IMG/VR virus record: IMGVR_UViG_3300027709_000056
Coordinates: 1-64,000 of that record
Strand: one strand, 5' to 3'
Length of the DNA stretch: 64,000 nucleotides
Source: a virus
The notes under the pieces were generated by a model. It saw only the letters and a list, made by a program, of their open reading frames with translations. It had not been told where the DNA came from and made no database searches. Made by a program: the position numbers and the translations under genes. Below are positions 10,642 to 19,516 of the stretch, in pieces; positions within the stretch are counted from its first letter, which is position 1; each line of letters opens with the position of its first letter.

Positions 10642-12120
10642 TTATCCTAAACTTAATACAATTTCTAATGCTATATTTTCAGCATCTGTTGTTGATACAG
10701 AACCAGATGTTCCTGCAACTGATTCCCAACTTGTACCATTATAAATCTCTAACCTACCATCTGTAGTGTTCCAACGTGTCATTCCTAATGGAGGACTTGG
10801 ATGCCTTTGTATCGAAGTTCCTACAGGAAGTACTACTCCGTCAGTTCCTACAATTTCTACATAACCAGTGCCTGTACTAGTAAATCTAGTAGCCGCACCG
10901 CTTACTGTGTTATTTATTTCACTTCCACTGATCTTAATATTGTCAATATTAACTCCACCTGTACCGTTTGGTAGCAAGTTTAAATCTGTGTTTAAAGTAG
11001 TTGTACTAATAGTATTACCATCAATTTGAATGTCATCTATTTTAAGTTTTGATACATTAAATTCAGTTGCTGTAATACTTGCAATTTCACTGCCTGCTGA
11101 ATAAAATCTAATAGTATCATCATTAGCACCTGGTGTTAATTCTGCTGTAATATACGTATCAGCATCTAAATCAAATACACCTGTTAATACAATCCAGTTA
11201 CCGTCATATCCTTCAAACCTACCTGTAGTTGTGTTATAACGTATCATACCTACTGCTGGTACAGAAGGTCTTTGAGCTGTTGTTCCAGAAGGAATTCTAA
11301 CACTTCCTGTAGAGTTAATATCAACAATTCCACTACCTGGAGTCATTGTAATATCACTAGATGCTGTTTGTATTTGATTACTTTTTATAATAAAATCATC
11401 AATAATAATAGCACCCGAACCATTAGTACGTAATTCTAGGTTTGCGTTTGAAACTGTATTTTCAACAACTCCAGCGTCGATTTTAATATCATCAATATAT
11501 GCACTAGCAGTATGTAAATTATTCCAACGTTTTCCAGCAGTTCCTAAATTGTATTTTGCTGTTTCTGCCGGTTTAATATCACTAGTAATTCCAGCTACAA
11601 TATTAATAGTATCAGTAGCTTCATCACCTAGTTGTACATTTCCACCTACAGTAATATCACCATCTGCTGTAACATTTCCTGTAACGTCTAAATTACCAGT
11701 AATATTAGTATTTGCTTGAATATCAACTTCACCTGTTCCGTTAGGTATAATGTCAATATTTGCATTTGATACAGTCGTAGAAATTACGTTAGTATCAAAT
11801 CTTAAATCATCTATTTCGAAAGTTTTTAATGCAACAACTTTGTCTGTGCCGACAGTTGTGAGGTTTAATACGTTACCAACAGTATGAATTGTATTACCAG
11901 AAATTCTTACATCTCCGATAAATGCTGTTCCTGTTGTAACTAAATCAGTTGATCTTGTAGTTCCGTTGACGTCTAGTACGTATTGAGGAGTTGCGGTTTT
12001 GATACCGATTCTGCTGTTATTAACATCCAGATAAAGTAAATCCGTCTCAAAAGCTAAATCCACACCGTTCCTGATGAGGTTTGCCTTCAGTAGCGGACCT
12101 GATATACGACCTACAGCCAC
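10642..12120 (-). CDS. Tail-fibre-like structural protein (492 aa, GTG start)
   Basis: AGGAG RBS before GTG; repeated I.GN.I....N.DL.L..NGTG strands; two P.GT..QR...G..R.NT modules; paralog of 12263-13705. Confidence 0.7.
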   Translation of the reverse strand: MAVGRISGPLLKANLIRNGVDLAFETDLLYLDVNNSRIGIKTATPQYVLDVNGTTRSTDLVTTGTAFIGDVRISGNTIHTVGNVLNLTTVGTDKVVALKTFEIDDLRFDTNVISTTVSNANIDIIPNGTGEVDIQANTNITGNLDVTGNVTADGDITVGGNVQLGDEATDTINIVAGITSDIKPAETAKYNLGTAGKRWNNLHTASAYIDDIKIDAGVVENTVSNANLELRTNGSGAIIIDDFIIKSNQIQTASSDITMTPGSGIVDINSTGSVRIPSGTTAQRPSVPAVGMIRYNTTTGRFEGYDGNWIVLTGVFDLDADTYITAELTPGANDDTIRFYSAGSEIASITATEFNVSKLKIDDIQIDGNTISTTTLNTDLNLLPNGTGGVNIDNIKISGSEINNTVSGAATRFTSTGTGYVEIVGTDGVVLPVGTSIQRHPSPPLGMTRWNTTDGRLEIYNGTSWESVAGTSGSVSTTDAENIALEIVLSLG

Positions 12121-12250
12121 TTTGCTCTCCTAATACGGGGATCCTGTCCCTCTAACCTAGATATCATTGCCGGTTAACCACAGTATGTCCCATAGTACAT
12201 AAAAGGTTTCTCTCCTTTTATTGGTCTTGTACTATGACAATAGTATTTAT
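12121..12250 (-). promoter_or_regulatory. Late promoter (ATAAATA, 12244-12250) followed by a structured ~120-nt 5' leader
   Basis: Nested stems on the minus strand: CATAGTACA..TGTACTATG enclosing ATAAAAGG..CCTTTTAT, then TAACC..GGTTA, then GGGA-CAGGA-TCCC next to the RBS. Confidence 0.6.
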
Positions 12251-12262
12251 CGTTTTTGGAAA

Positions 12263-13705
12263 TTATGCGAGTGCAATGGTGTATATATTAACTAGTTCTT
12301 CCATGTACTGTTCAGTAATACCACCGCCAATACCTGCGATGTTGGCCCAGTCAGAACCGTCGAAAGTTTCCATATAAGCCAAGCCAGTGTTATAACGTGT
12401 TTGTCCTATAATACCTGCTGGACGTTGTGCAGTTGATCCTGCAGGAATAACAATTCCATAGTGTGTATCAAAATGAACGTATCCAGTATTACCTGTTTTA
12501 GAAATTTGAAATGCTGATTGTATTGAGTTGTGAATAGTATTTGTATCAAACTCAAAGTTAGCTATATTAACAGTTCCAGTTGCAGTTAAATTAAAATCAG
12601 CATTTGTTGTTGCAGAAGAAATAGTATTTCCATCTATCTCTACAGTATTTTGTGATATCAGTTTATTAGTTACGAGTGAATCACTAGATAGTGTTGTATT
12701 TGTAGCACCACCAGTAACAAAGCTAAAATCATTACCAGCATTTGCTAGTACATAAGTTTGTCTATTTTCACTCCATATACCTCTTAATGGCGTATATGCA
12801 GTTGAAAATAATTCAAAGAAATTAGTAGTTGTATTGTACCTAACATCGCGATTTAAGTTGGTTCTTTGTGCTTCTGTACCATCTGGTACTTTTAGTGCCC
12901 TTGTAGAATTTAATGAAATACTTTCACCACCTGGTGTAATTTGTAAATCACCAACAGATATAATATTATGTCCATTAAGTGTTATGTCATCTATAATAAT
13001 GCTTCCAGTACCGTTAGCTCTAATTATTAAGTTATTATTAAGTGTTGAAGTTGTTATGTAATCATTGTCTATTTCAATGTCACCTATAACTGCTTTAGCT
13101 GTGTTTATATTATTCCATACATTAGTTGTACTTCCTAAACTATGCAATCCTGCTGTAGTATTTGGAACTAAATCTTGTGTAAAATCAAGGAAGTCAAAAT
13201 CAATAGTATCTGTTGGTTCGTCACCTAAATTAATTGTACCGCCAACAGATATGTTTCCTGGAATAGTTATATTTCCAGTTGCATCAACGTTACCTTGAAT
13301 TTTTGTAGTAGGAAAATTAACAATACCTGTTCCGTTAGGATCTAGTACAATATTAGAATTATTTTTACTTCCAATATAATTATCATTAAATGTTAAGTTG
13401 TCAGTACCTAATTCGTCTGCGTGAATAATTCCGTCTTGGGAATCTAAAATAATATCACCAGTAATAGACGTAATACCTGTTGTGTCAATTTTTATATTTC
13501 CACTAGTAAGTCTATCAGCATAGTAATCGTTAGCACGATGTTGTCCTACAAGGTTTAATTCTGCATTAGGGGAAGCTGTTCTAATACCAATTTTACCTGT
13601 TAAATGACCTACATATAATAGATCATTATCGAAGGCTAAATTAGCTTGAGTTCTTTTTAGATTTGCCGCTAGTAGCGGACCTGAGATTCTTGCAACTTGT
13701 GCCAT
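12263..13705 (-). CDS. Tail-fibre-like structural protein (480 aa), paralog of 10642-12120
   Basis: Shared N-terminus (A/G)RISGPLL.ANL.R....LAF..DLLY and the same internal repeats. Confidence 0.7.
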   Translation of the reverse strand: MAQVARISGPLLAANLKRTQANLAFDNDLLYVGHLTGKIGIRTASPNAELNLVGQHRANDYYADRLTSGNIKIDTTGITSITGDIILDSQDGIIHADELGTDNLTFNDNYIGSKNNSNIVLDPNGTGIVNFPTTKIQGNVDATGNITIPGNISVGGTINLGDEPTDTIDFDFLDFTQDLVPNTTAGLHSLGSTTNVWNNINTAKAVIGDIEIDNDYITTSTLNNNLIIRANGTGSIIIDDITLNGHNIISVGDLQITPGGESISLNSTRALKVPDGTEAQRTNLNRDVRYNTTTNFFELFSTAYTPLRGIWSENRQTYVLANAGNDFSFVTGGATNTTLSSDSLVTNKLISQNTVEIDGNTISSATTNADFNLTATGTVNIANFEFDTNTIHNSIQSAFQISKTGNTGYVHFDTHYGIVIPAGSTAQRPAGIIGQTRYNTGLAYMETFDGSDWANIAGIGGGITEQYMEELVNIYTIALA

Positions 13706-13723
13706 ATAACTTCCCTCTACTTG

Positions 13724-13730
13724 TATTTAT
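13724..13730 (-). promoter_or_regulatory. Late promoter box ATAAATA
   Basis: cgATAAATAcaag, followed by RBS-like GAGGG and ATG 13705. Confidence 0.65.
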
Positions 13731-13739
13731 CGGAAGTTA

Positions 13740-13943
13740 TTAAGTCCAGGGTCTGCCTGTTACAAGTCCACCTGAGTTTGCATTGTTGGTAAGTGTATTA
13801 TCTGCTTTATATACAGTAGGTAATTGAGACAAGTTAAGAGTATCACGTCTTCCGCTTGCCGCTCGGTTTGTTTTTGCTAAGGCTAATTTAGCCTCTTGTC
13901 TAAGTTTTTTATTTGCTAGTGTTGAAATACCATTTGCGGCCAT
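13740..13943 (-). CDS. Small basic hypothetical protein (67 aa)
   Basis: AGGAG RBS upstream; fills the gap between operon genes. Confidence 0.65.
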   Translation of the reverse strand: MAANGISTLANKKLRQEAKLALAKTNRAASGRRDTLNLSQLPTVYKADNTLTNNANSGGLVTGRPWT

Positions 13944-13952
13944 TAACTTCTC

Positions 13953-14456
13953 CTACTTGTCAAAGTTATGTATAACTGTTACTGGTTTACCAGTTGGAAC
14001 TGGTGTACCAAATACTACGTACCAACCTGCGGCGTATGTTGGTGGGTTTTGTTCTAGTACATAGTTTGTAGTTGCTAGTTGAAATACGTTTTCAATAAGA
14101 ACTATAATATTTTGTGCCGCGGCTGGACTTGGATTATAAGTATCGCCGTTAACTAATGGGCCAAATTTTGTTTCAACATCATCGCCGTTTCCTAATGCTT
14201 GTTGAACAATACTTGCTGGTTCAAACCGTCTAACAGGTGCCCATGAACCATCTTGAAAAGATTCAAAAACATTTGAATCAATATTATAACGAAAATGTCC
14301 GTTTGCCGCAGTTGTTAATCTTTGTGCGTCTGTACCTTTTGGTACCATCATCATGTCTGTGCTATCTAATACAATTTGTCCGTTAATATCTCTACGGATA
14401 TCTTTATTGCCGTAAATACCACGATTAAGTGTGGACTGTTGTCTAAGATAACGCAT
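13953..14456 (-). CDS. Hypothetical virion protein (167 aa) with one P.GT.AQR module and a G.G....FGP Ig-like repeat
   Basis: ORF track; shares a module with the fibre genes; start overlaps the upstream stop. Confidence 0.65.
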   Translation of the reverse strand: MRYLRQQSTLNRGIYGNKDIRRDINGQIVLDSTDMMMVPKGTDAQRLTTAANGHFRYNIDSNVFESFQDGSWAPVRRFEPASIVQQALGNGDDVETKFGPLVNGDTYNPSPAAAQNIIVLIENVFQLATTNYVLEQNPPTYAAGWYVVFGTPVPTGKPVTVIHNFDK

Positions 14457-14788
14457 TACACATCCAAGTAACTAAGAGTTAGAGCTAAATTGTGTGGAGA
14501 ATTAGAAACTGCTACAACTTTATCTCCAGCTTCTAAAATAATCTTTTCAGAATCAAATGTAAATGTTTCGCCGCCTGGAACTGGTAGTTCCATCACTACC
14601 TTGTTTTTATCAGCTTTTGCTTCTGTATCTTTTATAAAGTGTAGATCAAATGATGAATCATTTGTTCCAGCACTATTATATCCTGCTATATTAGTCACCA
14701 TAATAGTTGTAACAGCATATGATTTTCCTGCTGGAACTTCTACAATTACTGCGTCAGTTCCTGATAAAAGTGATTGTGCTAGTGCCAT
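14456..14788 (-). CDS. Small beta-rich hypothetical virion protein (110 aa)
   Basis: AGGA RBS; similar to 10307-10636. Confidence 0.65.
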   Translation of the reverse strand: MALAQSLLSGTDAVIVEVPAGKSYAVTTIMVTNIAGYNSAGTNDSSFDLHFIKDTEAKADKNKVVMELPVPGGETFTFDSEKIILEAGDKVVAVSNSPHNLALTLSYLDV

Positions 14789-14800
14789 TTTTTCCTATCC

Positions 14801-15757
14801 TTAAAAGATCATACTTAAAAGTAATGATCTGTTTTTGCTTAAAATTTCGTCTCTAACGTTATTACTATTTACATAAAATAGTCCAGTTTTGCCTGCTCCC
14901 GGATCCTTAACATATAGCTTTAAACCTTCTGTTGGTGCCGCTGGATCTACTGTAGCATCATCTGGACTTGGTGTTGCTTTAATATGTAATTGGTCATCAA
15001 TAACAACTGATCCTGTTCCTGGTGCTGATAATGTTAAATCAGCTGAACTAATTGTTGTTTCAATTGTACTATTATAAATTCTTAAATCGTGAAATTCTGT
15101 TCTGTTATTATAAAATGTAGAAGTTATAGTTCCGTTAATATCTACTTCTGCTCTTTCTACATCTACTGTATCGATAACTCTAACTACAGTATTATTATCT
15201 AGTATTCTACTAACTTCTAAGTTAGCTGTTTTATCGTCAACTACCTCAACAACTTTTTTAAGGTTAGGTATATGATCATCGTCTACAACTTGAGTTTCAT
15301 AATTGTTAGTACCACTAACATCAATTACACCTGTACCAGAATTAATTAAATTTAGGTCACCGCCGCCTGTACTAATAGCTCTTACTTCTAATCCAATGTT
15401 ATTTCCGCTTTCATCTTTTAAAACAAAAGCACCTGTCTTTGTTGTTTGAGAAACTGGATCATTCCAAGAAATATTTTCATTAAAAAGAAATTGTACATCT
15501 GCTAAACTACCGCGTTCAATTCTAATTCCTGCTTCGCTGTTTTTTGTAACACCTGCTCCTGTTTCATCTGAGTTAAGAACAATAATATTATCTTTAATGT
15601 TTAAATCAGTTGAACTAACATTTGTTGTCGTACCCGTAATAACAAGATCACCTGTAACTCTAACTTGACCTATATTATTGCCTGTGTCAAGAGTTATAAC
15701 TCCGTCGTCGACTACTTTAATTGTGTAATTTCCGCTTGTATTAATGTGTTTTGACAT
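14801..15757 (-). CDS. Fibre-like hypothetical structural protein (318 aa)
   Basis: V.GDL...GTTT.V....L.I.DNII.LN...G.GV motif, common in phage fibre shafts. Confidence 0.6.
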   Translation of the reverse strand: MSKHINTSGNYTIKVVDDGVITLDTGNNIGQVRVTGDLVITGTTTNVSSTDLNIKDNIIVLNSDETGAGVTKNSEAGIRIERGSLADVQFLFNENISWNDPVSQTTKTGAFVLKDESGNNIGLEVRAISTGGGDLNLINSGTGVIDVSGTNNYETQVVDDDHIPNLKKVVEVVDDKTANLEVSRILDNNTVVRVIDTVDVERAEVDINGTITSTFYNNRTEFHDLRIYNSTIETTISSADLTLSAPGTGSVVIDDQLHIKATPSPDDATVDPAAPTEGLKLYVKDPGAGKTGLFYVNSNNVRDEILSKNRSLLLSMIF

Positions 15758-15762
15758 AGTTG

Positions 15763-16146
15763 TTATTGCCCATCTACTGTTACGGTGTTTGTGATTCCGT
15801 CATCTTCACCACCTGCATCACTGCCGCCGATTATCATTTTTCCTCTTGTAGTACCTTCATATTGACAGTTGTTATTAAAAATTTTAGTAACTTGTACAAC
15901 TGTCGAATCATCTAGGACACCATCAATTGACATCTCTCCAGCAACTAATGTTCCAGCCGCTTTATTTACTAATAATAAAATCTCTGTATATGTACCATCT
16001 GACACTCTAAATTTATTTCCAGAACGTTGCGATACAATCCAAGCCTTATTAGAAGCTTCTGATCCTTTGTCGGTAAAAAAATGGCGTGTTACCTGGAGTT
16101 TTCCGTTTCCTTCTCCAAAATGTCTACTGTTAACTGGTCTTCCCAT
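15763..16146 (-). CDS. Hypothetical protein (127 aa), MGRP paralog 2
   Basis: AGGAG RBS, own late promoter, paralog of 16246-16716. Confidence 0.75.
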   Translation of the reverse strand: MGRPVNSRHFGEGNGKLQVTRHFFTDKGSEASNKAWIVSQRSGNKFRVSDGTYTEILLLVNKAAGTLVAGEMSIDGVLDDSTVVQVTKIFNNNCQYEGTTRGKMIIGGSDAGGEDDGITNTVTVDGQ

Positions 16147-16168
16147 TTTTTACTCCTGCTTATGTTAG

Positions 16169-16210
16169 TATTTATCAGAAAAGAGAAAGCCCGAACCGAG
16201 GTCCGGGCTT
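16169..16210 (-). terminator. Intrinsic terminator immediately followed by a late promoter (ATAAATA, 16169-16175)
   Basis: AAGCCCGG-acctcggtt-CGGGCTT stem followed by a U-rich tail TCTCTTTTCT on the minus strand. Confidence 0.8.
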
Positions 16211-16245
16211 CCATTACTAGTTAATTCAATCCTAAAAACTAGTTA

Positions 16246-16716
16246 TTATGCATCATCTGTAAAGTCGTCGTCATCAGTGCCTGCGGCAGTATCGTCGTCG
16301 CCTGCTTCTTCCATACGTCCGATGCCAGCCGCTGGTGTTCCTGCGCCTGTTAATACCCATTCTACAGCATCACCATCAAGGGCGTTAGATCCAGAAGCAC
16401 TTGGTGCCGCTAGTACTACCTTACGTCCTGTAATTTTTGATACTCCATAAGTTTCTGCATCGCTACCTTTTACAGAAATTGTCATTTCACCAGCTGATAA
16501 AGCCGCTGGTAAGATGCCAGTTTTTAATGTACACGTAACTTCAACATCAGGAGTACCAGTTTCAGCAACGATGAATCTTTTAGATCCTTTTTGCCTAACA
16601 ATGTGTCCTTCTTTTACTGCCGTTCCGTTATGAAAATTTACTTTAATTTCACTATCACCTGCTGTTGGTCCAGCAACTAAATCTGCGAAATACCTTTTGT
16701 TTATTGGTCTTCCCAT
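16246..16716 (-). CDS. Hypothetical protein (156 aa), MGRP paralog 1, candidate capsid decoration protein
   Basis: AGGAG RBS; own promoter and terminator; first protein gene after the capsid gene. Function is inferred from position only. Confidence 0.7.
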   Translation of the reverse strand: MGRPINKRYFADLVAGPTAGDSEIKVNFHNGTAVKEGHIVRQKGSKRFIVAETGTPDVEVTCTLKTGILPAALSAGEMTISVKGSDAETYGVSKITGRKVVLAAPSASGSNALDGDAVEWVLTGAGTPAAGIGRMEEAGDDDTAAGTDDDDFTDDA

Positions 16717-16795
16717 TTGTTTTCTCCTTTTAAACGTTCTAAGTCTACGGGGTTATGTCCCCATAAAACGCAAAATCGCGTCCTTATTACTCGTA

Positions 16796-16844
16796 TATTT
16801 ATCAAGAGAAAGCCCAGAACAGCGTTTAATAGCCATTCTGGGCT
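16796..16844 (-). terminator. Intrinsic terminator (16804-16844) abutting a late promoter (16796-16802)
   Basis: AGCCCAGAA..TTCTGGGCT stem plus TTCTCTT, then ATAAATA. Confidence 0.75.
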
Positions 16845-16849
16845 CGACT

Positions 16850-17072
16850 CATTAAATTTATAGTGGAAAAGGTAGGACTTGGTTACACCTACAATCCCGC
16901 CTCACAGATACCTATCTATTGTTGCGGAAAACCTGCACCCGACTGGTAAGTCGATTTGGATAAGCGCCTTTCAGCTACCCACCCTGGGTACCACCCCTGT
17001 ACAGTCAAGTTCGCCCCTCTGGTAAGAAGCTCTTCCTTGCACAATTCCTACTTAAACAGAGCTACCGTCTAA
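16850..17072 (-). ncRNA. Putative stand-alone structured ncRNA (~220 nt), family unassigned
   Basis: GC-rich island with no credible ORF, bounded by a sigma70 promoter and a terminator. Hairpins: GCT-GAAA-GGC within a longer helix, CGAC-TTACCA-GTCG, AGATA-GG-TATCT, GTAGG-N11-CCTAC. Confidence 0.65.
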
Positions 17073-17074
17073 GT

Positions 17075-17111
17075 ATTATATGTATAATAACATCTTATAT
17101 GATAAAGTCAA
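17075..17111 (-). promoter_or_regulatory. sigma70-type promoter driving the ncRNA
   Basis: TTGACT (17106-17111), 16-nt spacer, extended -10 TG-T-TATTAT (17084-17089); a second TATAAT at 17075-17080; A-tract upstream. Confidence 0.7.
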
Positions 17112-17152
17112 GTCTTTTTTTTAATTTTCTGTGGATAAATTTATCCAAAATA

Positions 17153-17181
17153 GAAAAGAAAGGGCGACCTAAGCCGCCCCT
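17153..17181 (-). terminator. Intrinsic terminator after the major capsid gene
   Basis: GGGGCGGC-TTAG-GTCGCCCT followed by TTCTTTTCT. Confidence 0.85.
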
Positions 17182-17210
17182 TCCTAATCGCTTTGTAAAA
17201 TCTCTTAAAA

Positions 17211-18386
17211 TTAAGAGAATGTTACGTTTGTTACAGCTACTCTTCCTAAGTAGTCAGCCGCATTACCAAGAGATGATGCTGTGTTGTTTAACTCAACATA
17301 ACCGTATCTTGACATGAAACTTACTACTGGTTCGAAAGATGCTGGATCCAACACAACACCGCTTGACATCAATGGGATGTATGGGCAGTAAAATGCTGGT
17401 GCATCTGACTCTGAAGTACCTTTGTAACCAACAAGCACATCACTTGCCGCAACGCCTGTATCAGCCGCATATGAATCAACATATACTTTCATTGCACCAT
17501 TTAGTGTTCCTACAAATTTAGTATTTGTTGGAGCTTCAAAAGTGCCTTCAGTTGTTCTTGCGAACGCTGAAGTTGTTGCTGATTGTAGTACAGTTAGTGC
17601 GTGTGGTGAAACCACAGCCCAGTTACCTGCGCCACGACGTGTGCGTTGAGCAATAGTATTTGCAACACGGTTGACCATTACAGCCAAAGCCGCGTGTTCG
17701 TCACCGACGAATGTTGCAGTACCTGATACGCCAGTTTGACTATAAGTCAACTGAGCCGCACCTGCTAATGCACGTAAAGAAGCAAGAACTTCTTGATCAA
17801 TTTCAGCAGTAATTTCTTGGGCTAATGCCGCCATAATTTCTGCTTCGATGTCAATTCCTTGCTGTGCTTGAGCATCTTGAGCCGCTTCAAAAGTCCAGCG
17901 AGCTGATAGCTTTCTGGTTTTTGCTTCGACTGTTTGCTTTAAGATCTGGATACTTAATTTGTTTCCAGGCAATCCTTCTAGTCCCGCTGTAGCGGCACCG
18001 GCTGGAGTTGCATCAGCGGCGTTACCTGAATAAGCCGCGGCAATCTTAAATGGTGAAAGTGCTTCTTCACCGACTTCATTACCATCAGATGCTGATGCAT
18101 AACGAACTCTTAATGTGTGGATTTGACCCACTGGACCTGTCATAGGCTGTACCCCAACTAATTCGTTGGCGATAACGGTTGGCATAACACGTCGTATTAC
18201 TGGTAGGATAACTCTGTTAAGAGTTGCAACATTACCGGCAGACGTAGCGCCTGCTCCTGCAGTCTCATTCAACCACTTGCGTGTGTTTTCAAGAGTACTT
18301 GCCATTACTGCTTTTTTGTTGCCTTGAAGGCCTTCTAAAAGAGCGGTTTTGGTATCCTGCCAGCGATTTTCTAGTAGTTCTGACAT
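17211..18386 (-). CDS. g23: Major capsid protein, T4 gp23-like (391 aa)
   Basis: Motifs ILPVIRRVMP, VGVQPMTGPVGQIHTLR, KTRKLSARWTFEAAQD, EITAEIDQE, AFYCPYIPL, F.P...FMSRYG. Confidence 0.97.
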   Translation of the reverse strand: MSELLENRWQDTKTALLEGLQGNKKAVMASTLENTRKWLNETAGAGATSAGNVATLNRVILPVIRRVMPTVIANELVGVQPMTGPVGQIHTLRVRYASASDGNEVGEEALSPFKIAAAYSGNAADATPAGAATAGLEGLPGNKLSIQILKQTVEAKTRKLSARWTFEAAQDAQAQQGIDIEAEIMAALAQEITAEIDQEVLASLRALAGAAQLTYSQTGVSGTATFVGDEHAALAVMVNRVANTIAQRTRRGAGNWAVVSPHALTVLQSATTSAFARTTEGTFEAPTNTKFVGTLNGAMKVYVDSYAADTGVAASDVLVGYKGTSESDAPAFYCPYIPLMSSGVVLDPASFEPVVSFMSRYGYVELNNTASSLGNAADYLGRVAVTNVTFS

Positions 18387-18396
18387 TGTTTTCTCC

Positions 18397-19503
18397 TTAA
18401 TTCAATCCTGCAAGTCTACGAATATCAACAATATTACTTGTCGCTTCGGAGCTTACACTACTAACGTTAGATTCTTCTTTATTGCCTGTAATTGCTTTTG
18501 CCTCTTGTTCCGTTAATGTCGCCTTTTTCTTCTCTGGAGTCTTCCCGTCTAATACTGCCGGTATGTACTTGTTAAATTGTTTTGACAATTTATCAGTTTG
18601 TACACTTTCCAGTAAGTCATTCATAATCTCACGCTGATCTTTGCTCAATGGAGCAGTTAGTTCAGCAATGACGTCTTTTCTCTTAGTCGCATCATTGATC
18701 TTAGTGATCTCTGCATCTTTCTCTGCGATAACTTTTGCTTTTGCGTCATCAGATGCTTTAACTTCTGCAAATTGCTTATCTTTAAGATCAACAACTTTCA
18801 TTAGTTTAGCAGTTTCTGATTTTTCATTCAAATAACTGTTATTGTATTCGTTTGCAAATGTTTCGAAGATTTTGCGACCAAAGTCATTTTTACGTGCTGA
18901 GTCGATATCTTCTTTAAGTTGGCTAATTTCTTTTGTAAGACCTTTTCCAACAACATCGGATACCAATTTAGCACTCTTCTCAACAAATGTTGATTTAACT
19001 TTGTTAAGATGTTTCTTAGCTTCACGTACAAGTTTTACCTTAGTTTCAGCCAAGTCTTTCTTATCTTCGTGGAACTCTGCAATTTCTTTTGCCAAAGCTT
19101 CTACAACAAATTCCTCAAGTTTGCCAAACTTATCTGACATAACTTTTTGGTCTTCGTGTAATTCAGTTACTTCTTTTTTCAACGATTCTAATACAAACTG
19201 TTTTAACAATCCTGCGTTTTCACGCATAGCAACAACATATTTTGCTCTTGCTTCTGCTAATTGTTTACGATCATCAGTAAATTCGGAAATTTCTTCCGCT
19301 AATTTATCGCTAACCATAGAGTCGATTGCTTCAACCATTTGTGCTTTGTCGTGTTCATATTTAGAAGCGAACTCCTCTCGAAGTTCAGCAGTGACTTCTA
19401 ATTTCGTTTCCGAAATTTTCTTGTCCCATGCTTCTTGAATTTCAGCTCTGATCTCTTCAGAAATTACATTGTTTTCAAAGAGTGATTTCAGTGCGTCCAA
19501 CAT
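18397..19503 (-). CDS. g22: Prohead core scaffold protein, gp22-like
   Basis: Coiled-coil, Glu/Lys-rich; lies between the protease and capsid genes as in T4-like phages. Confidence 0.8.
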   Translation of the reverse strand: MLDALKSLFENNVISEEIRAEIQEAWDKKISETKLEVTAELREEFASKYEHDKAQMVEAIDSMVSDKLAEEISEFTDDRKQLAEARAKYVVAMRENAGLLKQFVLESLKKEVTELHEDQKVMSDKFGKLEEFVVEALAKEIAEFHEDKKDLAETKVKLVREAKKHLNKVKSTFVEKSAKLVSDVVGKGLTKEISQLKEDIDSARKNDFGRKIFETFANEYNNSYLNEKSETAKLMKVVDLKDKQFAEVKASDDAKAKVIAEKDAEITKINDATKRKDVIAELTAPLSKDQREIMNDLLESVQTDKLSKQFNKYIPAVLDGKTPEKKKATLTEQEAKAITGNKEESNVSSVSSEATSNIVDIRRLAGLN

Positions 19504-19516
19504 TATATTCTCCTTA

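Noticed and set aside
12140-12185. SAM-II/SAM-V riboswitch resemblance (TTAACCG...TGATA...AGAGGG)
   Set aside because: Only scattered similarity; I could not build the required pseudoknot.
1-16716. Diversity-generating retroelement target/template pair in the fibre genes
   Set aside because: Paralogs are similar only at protein level; I saw no near-identical ~100-bp repeat with adenine-specific mismatches and no reverse transcriptase. A self-dotplot would settle this.
16850-17072. tmRNA, tRNA or 6S identity for the ncRNA after g23
   Set aside because: No T-arm/CCA end, no tag reading frame, and no clear end-to-end rod pairing; GGGGCGAA alone is insufficient.
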